The notes beneath the pieces were generated by a model. It was not told where the DNA came from. It ran no database searches and saw only the letters and a program-made list of their open reading frames with translations. From Candidatus Bruticola sp. (GTDB taxonomy: Bacteria > Vulcanimicrobiota > Xenobia > Xenobiales > Xenobiaceae), in the NCBI GenBank assembly GCA_051874735.1, contig JBJEGD010000003.1:11165-75164 (forward strand): 64,000 nt of DNA. The letters run 5' to 3'. Made by a program: the position numbers and the translations under genes. Shown here piece by piece: positions 60,612 to 64,000 of this stretch (its first letter is position 1; every line of letters starts with the position of its first letter).

Positions 60612-61913
60612 TTACAAACCCGTTTTTTGTAAAATAGACCAAATTATCCCTGAACCAACAAAAAACCACGGCAGAAGTAAACGCCATAAGCGAGGATAAT
60701 TACAGTACATTTTATTTTGACATCGCAAGCTGGAGACACATATAGCCAGGTTTTCGCTATTCAACCACCCAGAACACTCAACTTGACTGCCTTCATCTGC
60801 CTGCCAACCAGCAAAAGATTCTAAACGCACTAATAAACGGGAAGATTCAACCTGCGATTTTGATTTATTGTTAGTCTCCGCTAGAGAATTAGCACCAGTT
60901 ATTGCTTGTTCAGCTTTAGTTTCTGAGGTAATTTCCAACCAAGTATCATCCAGACCAGGAGTGTTATTGCGTCTGGCTATACCCTTAACGTGCAGAGGTA
61001 CATATTTGCATTGTTGCTTCTCAGCCGAGATGACAACAGATGTATAGGGACTACACCTGTCATATTCACTATTTATTTTGACAATAAAGCCTAAGCCCAA
61101 AAACAATATAGGTGCTCCCCAAAGTCCGCCTCCAAAAACAGCCCAACAAGACATAACAGCGAATAAAAACCAAGGAAACCAACTAGCTACAGCCGGAGCT
61201 ATTTCAGAAGGGGCCACCCCCTGCCCCCCAGCCCAGAACCAAGCGGCTTCGCGCTTAGCCTGCCTGAAATCTACCACAGATAAAATATCTAAATTTTCCA
61301 TCCAAGCAGGCACACGCAGCGCCCTGCCTAAAGGCAGACTAAAAGCATCTTCAATAAGAGCCAGCTCTTCTTCATTTAAGCACAATTGCGGACGGTACCA
61401 ACGTAGCGGTTTCTCCAGCCAAGCGGCCAACCACCCGAAACCTCGTCCCAAATGCCACAAAGGTCCCTGAGAAAAATGCAAACGCCCATAATCGGCAGTA
61501 AAAGCCTCAAACGCGCGAAGCAAACAAGGTAAAGCTAACAAGGCGCTGCAAATTCTATTGGCGCCGTGTCCCCAAATACGCCTTAAGATAGACTCCAAAT
61601 TGAGCTTGGCACTCTCTAAAAAAGGGCGGCTGCCTTCAGAAGCAATAAATTGATTATCGAACAGAAAAACAAAAGGGCACTCACTTTTAACAAAATAAAC
61701 GGCACCATCATTTTTTTTAACACCAAGCAGCAAACGCAGTAAATTAGGGCCCCATATTATTTGCAAACAAAAGGCAACTAAAGCGAAAACAGCCCCCCAC
61801 CAAAGTGGGAAGGCTGAAATAATAGGAAGCAATAGAAAGAGAAGCACAAAAACTACAACCCACAAACTGACCGACCAAAATAAGGACAAAGCCAGTCTGC
61901 AGTTGCCACTCAT
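60612..61913 (-). CDS. Membrane protein resembling an inactivated long-form HtpX/M48 peptidase
   Basis: TMs; LESILRRIWGH in place of LEAVLAHELGH; C-terminal OB-like VPLHVKG...PG...VECSGW. Start ATG 61913 is probable. Confidence 0.6.
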   Translation of the reverse strand: MSGNCRLALSLFWSVSLWVVVFVLLFLLLPIISAFPLWWGAVFALVAFCLQIIWGPNLLRLLLGVKKNDGAVYFVKSECPFVFLFDNQFIASEGSRPFLESAKLNLESILRRIWGHGANRICSALLALPCLLRAFEAFTADYGRLHFSQGPLWHLGRGFGWLAAWLEKPLRWYRPQLCLNEEELALIEDAFSLPLGRALRVPAWMENLDILSVVDFRQAKREAAWFWAGGQGVAPSEIAPAVASWFPWFLFAVMSCWAVFGGGLWGAPILFLGLGFIVKINSEYDRCSPYTSVVISAEKQQCKYVPLHVKGIARRNNTPGLDDTWLEITSETKAEQAITGANSLAETNNKSKSQVESSRLLVRLESFAGWQADEGSQVECSGWLNSENLAICVSSLRCQNKMYCNYPRLWRLLLPWFFVGSGIIWSILQKTGL

Positions 61914-61914
61914 T

Positions 61915-62406
61915 TTAGATGGTGCCCCACTGTTCTTCCAATTCTTTGCGGCTGGAACGATTGATGCGCTTGGCCTCATTAATTCTTCTGTTGCCTTCCA
62001 CAATTCTTTCCATACCTAAATCGAGATGGGAGATATCACCATCATCGACGTAACAAGACATTTCCTGCATGCCTTCTTCAAAACAATCCATACCCGCCAA
62101 ACCGTCGCTTATTTCTTCGGCAGCATATTCTTCGTACTGATTCTGCGCAATAATCTCCTCAATTTCGGCGCGAAGATTACTGAGATGTTCGTATACACTA
62201 CTTAAAAACTCGTAAAAATCTTCGGCTCCCCACTCTTCAGAGCGAACCTTCTCTACAGCATCAGCGAACTGCTTGACACGACCTGATTGTTCTTCCACTT
62301 GAACCATAGCTGAAGTGTCCATACGAGGGAGGATAGCGCCGCAATTCTGACATTTTTTCAGATTCTTCCCCTCATTTTGATACCCACACTGCATGCAAAT
62401 AATCAA
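61915..62406 (-). CDS. Zinc-ribbon plus acidic helical hypothetical protein
   Basis: CMQCG...CQNCG; start TTG 62406 after GGGAGG RBS. Confidence 0.75.
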   Translation of the reverse strand: MIICMQCGYQNEGKNLKKCQNCGAILPRMDTSAMVQVEEQSGRVKQFADAVEKVRSEEWGAEDFYEFLSSVYEHLSNLRAEIEEIIAQNQYEEYAAEEISDGLAGMDCFEEGMQEMSCYVDDGDISHLDLGMERIVEGNRRINEAKRINRSSRKELEEQWGTI

Positions 62407-62706
62407 GTTGCTTCCTCCCTTATACAGCGGAGCTGAACTAAAACAACCCCGGTTGAAAGACGGCATTGCGTACTCTTATTTTTACCGCCTAATGTTTTAC
62501 GATCGCTAAGCAGACCAACCTGCAGAGCCAAACTGCTATTCCATTTTCGTCTGGGATTTGCTCACTTCCTCCCTAACAAAGAGACTATCAATCCTAAAAT
62601 AGAGCTGTTACATAATAAACAAATAAAAAAAACAGCGTACAGCCCCGTTCAAAGACGGATTTACCTGCACCCTGATTTTTTTACTGCGCTGCTTAAAGCA
62701 ACGACA

Positions 62707-63390
62707 TCAGTTAAGAACTTTGTCGGAAAGATGACCACCTTCTAAATGGAAAACTCTTTTAGCATAACTAGCAGCCTTAGAATCGTGTGTAACCATTACG
62801 GTGGTAATGTGCTGATTTTCATTGATCGCTCTAAAAACATCGAGAACCTCGCGGCTAGAACGCTCATCGAGATTACCAGTAGGCTCATCAGCCAAAATAA
62901 GACCAGGTAAATTAGAAAGAGCCCTAGCAATAGCTACACGCTGCTGCTGACCACCCGAAAGTCGCAACACAGAATCTTTAGCCCTAGCATCTAATCTCAC
63001 TAGGCGCAATAAAGTCATGGCCTGATCGACCTGTTCTTTATAGCTCTTACCGCCACAAAGTTGCATAGGCAGCTGGACATTTTCTAAAACCGTAAGTGTC
63101 GGCAGTAAATTATATGACTGAAAGACGAAACCGATATGACGCAGGCGTATCTGCTCAAGAATGTCTTCCCCAGCTCCGCTGGTATCGCGATCTCCTAAAA
63201 ATACTTTCCCATAACTAGGAGTATCTAAACACCCCATCATATTGAGCAAAGTTGTCTTTCCCGATCCGGAAGGCCCCATTATAGAAACAAAATCTCCGTG
63301 GGGGATCACTAGGTTGACATTCTCCAGAATTTTTACGGGACCGCTGCGAGCATCAAAATATTTATGTACGCCTTGAAGTTCAACTTTCAC
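62707..63390 (-). CDS. LolD/MacB-type ABC ATP-binding protein
   Basis: [40 protein letters not shown]. Confidence 0.95.
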   Translation of the reverse strand: MKVELQGVHKYFDARSGPVKILENVNLVIPHGDFVSIMGPSGSGKTTLLNMMGCLDTPSYGKVFLGDRDTSGAGEDILEQIRLRHIGFVFQSYNLLPTLTVLENVQLPMQLCGGKSYKEQVDQAMTLLRLVRLDARAKDSVLRLSGGQQQRVAIARALSNLPGLILADEPTGNLDERSSREVLDVFRAINENQHITTVMVTHDSKAASYAKRVFHLEGGHLSDKVLN

Positions 63391-64000
63391 TACTCCCACC
63401 TCAATCCGGAAACTATATCTATGCGCCACACTAAAATTGAAGGTATAGCAGCCCCAACCAGTCCTACAAATACCGAAAGAGCCAAAGCTTCAAGAATCAA
63501 AGGAATAGTGATAGAGGCTAAGGGGAAAGATAGTTGCAAAATGACGATCATAGCTCGGTTGAGTAGACCAGATCCCAAAATGCCGAAAAATATGCCGAAG
63601 AAACCTCCTATAAAGGAGAGGATAACCGATTCAGTCACAACCATAGCAATAACCGTTGGTCTAGGTGCTCCAATAGCCCTAAGCGTAGCGAACTCGCGCA
63701 TACGCTCATAAGTAGACATGAGCATAGTATTCATAGCCGCAGTAATAGCTATCAACACTCCAATAGCAGAAATAGCAAACTGCAAATACCAAGCATACTC
63801 TATGTAATCGTTGGCCGCTCCTAGATAATCTTTACGGGTAGCCACTTTAACACTAGGGATTTTAAAACCGTCAATTTTGCGGACAACTTCCTTATCGCGG
63901 TGCTGATCTTTTAGGCGAACCCAAAGTTCAGACGCTCCCTTACCATCTGTAGTGGAATTAGCATCACTCCACGATATATAAGCAAAATAATCTTGAAATC
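63390..64000 (-). CDS. FtsX/MacB-type ABC permease, C-terminal part (runs off window end)
   Basis: NTMLMSTYERMREFATLRAIGA, ESVILS motifs. Confidence 0.9.
   Translation of the reverse strand, partial: FQDYFAYISWSDANSTTDGKGASELWVRLKDQHRDKEVVRKIDGFKIPSVKVATRKDYLGAANDYIEYAWYLQFAISAIGVLIAITAAMNTMLMSTYERMREFATLRAIGAPRPTVIAMVVTESVILSFIGGFFGIFFGILGSGLLNRAMIVILQLSFPLASITIPLILEALALSVFVGLVGAAIPSILVWRIDIVSGLRWE

Overview
Mostly chromosomal core and accessory region of a moderately AT-rich bacterium. The combination of a cdaA-cdaR-glmM operon, tilS-hpt-ftsH, PilT, a TolB-like protein, Hanks kinases and a long-insert Rho suggests a deep-branching Terrabacteria lineage such as Eremiobacterota/Vulcanimicrobiota; this is only a weak inference. 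The window contains a partial tig, five tRNAs, rpiA, pcnB, four SGNH-like paralogs, two hpt paralogs, serA, glgA, cysK with an Rrf2 regulator, rho and ABC transporter genes. The most striking element is a six-gene module (32743-40989, minus strand) that continues the glmM operon. It has two paralogous unknown genes, three paralogous BrxD/DUF2791-like P-loop ATPases and an Lhr/BrxHI-like helicase, with no BREX core genes (pglZ, brxC, pglX). It is a candidate undescribed defence or DNA-processing system. Other notable items: a TPP riboswitch in front of a gene with no resemblance to thiamine genes, a CAU tRNA directly upstream of tilS, several apparent pseudo-enzymes (one HPRT, two M48-like domains, one receiver domain), a 57-bp x10 acidic coding repeat and a perfect 22-bp inverted repeat at the Rrf2 promoter. 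All family calls come from motif recognition by eye; no searches were run.
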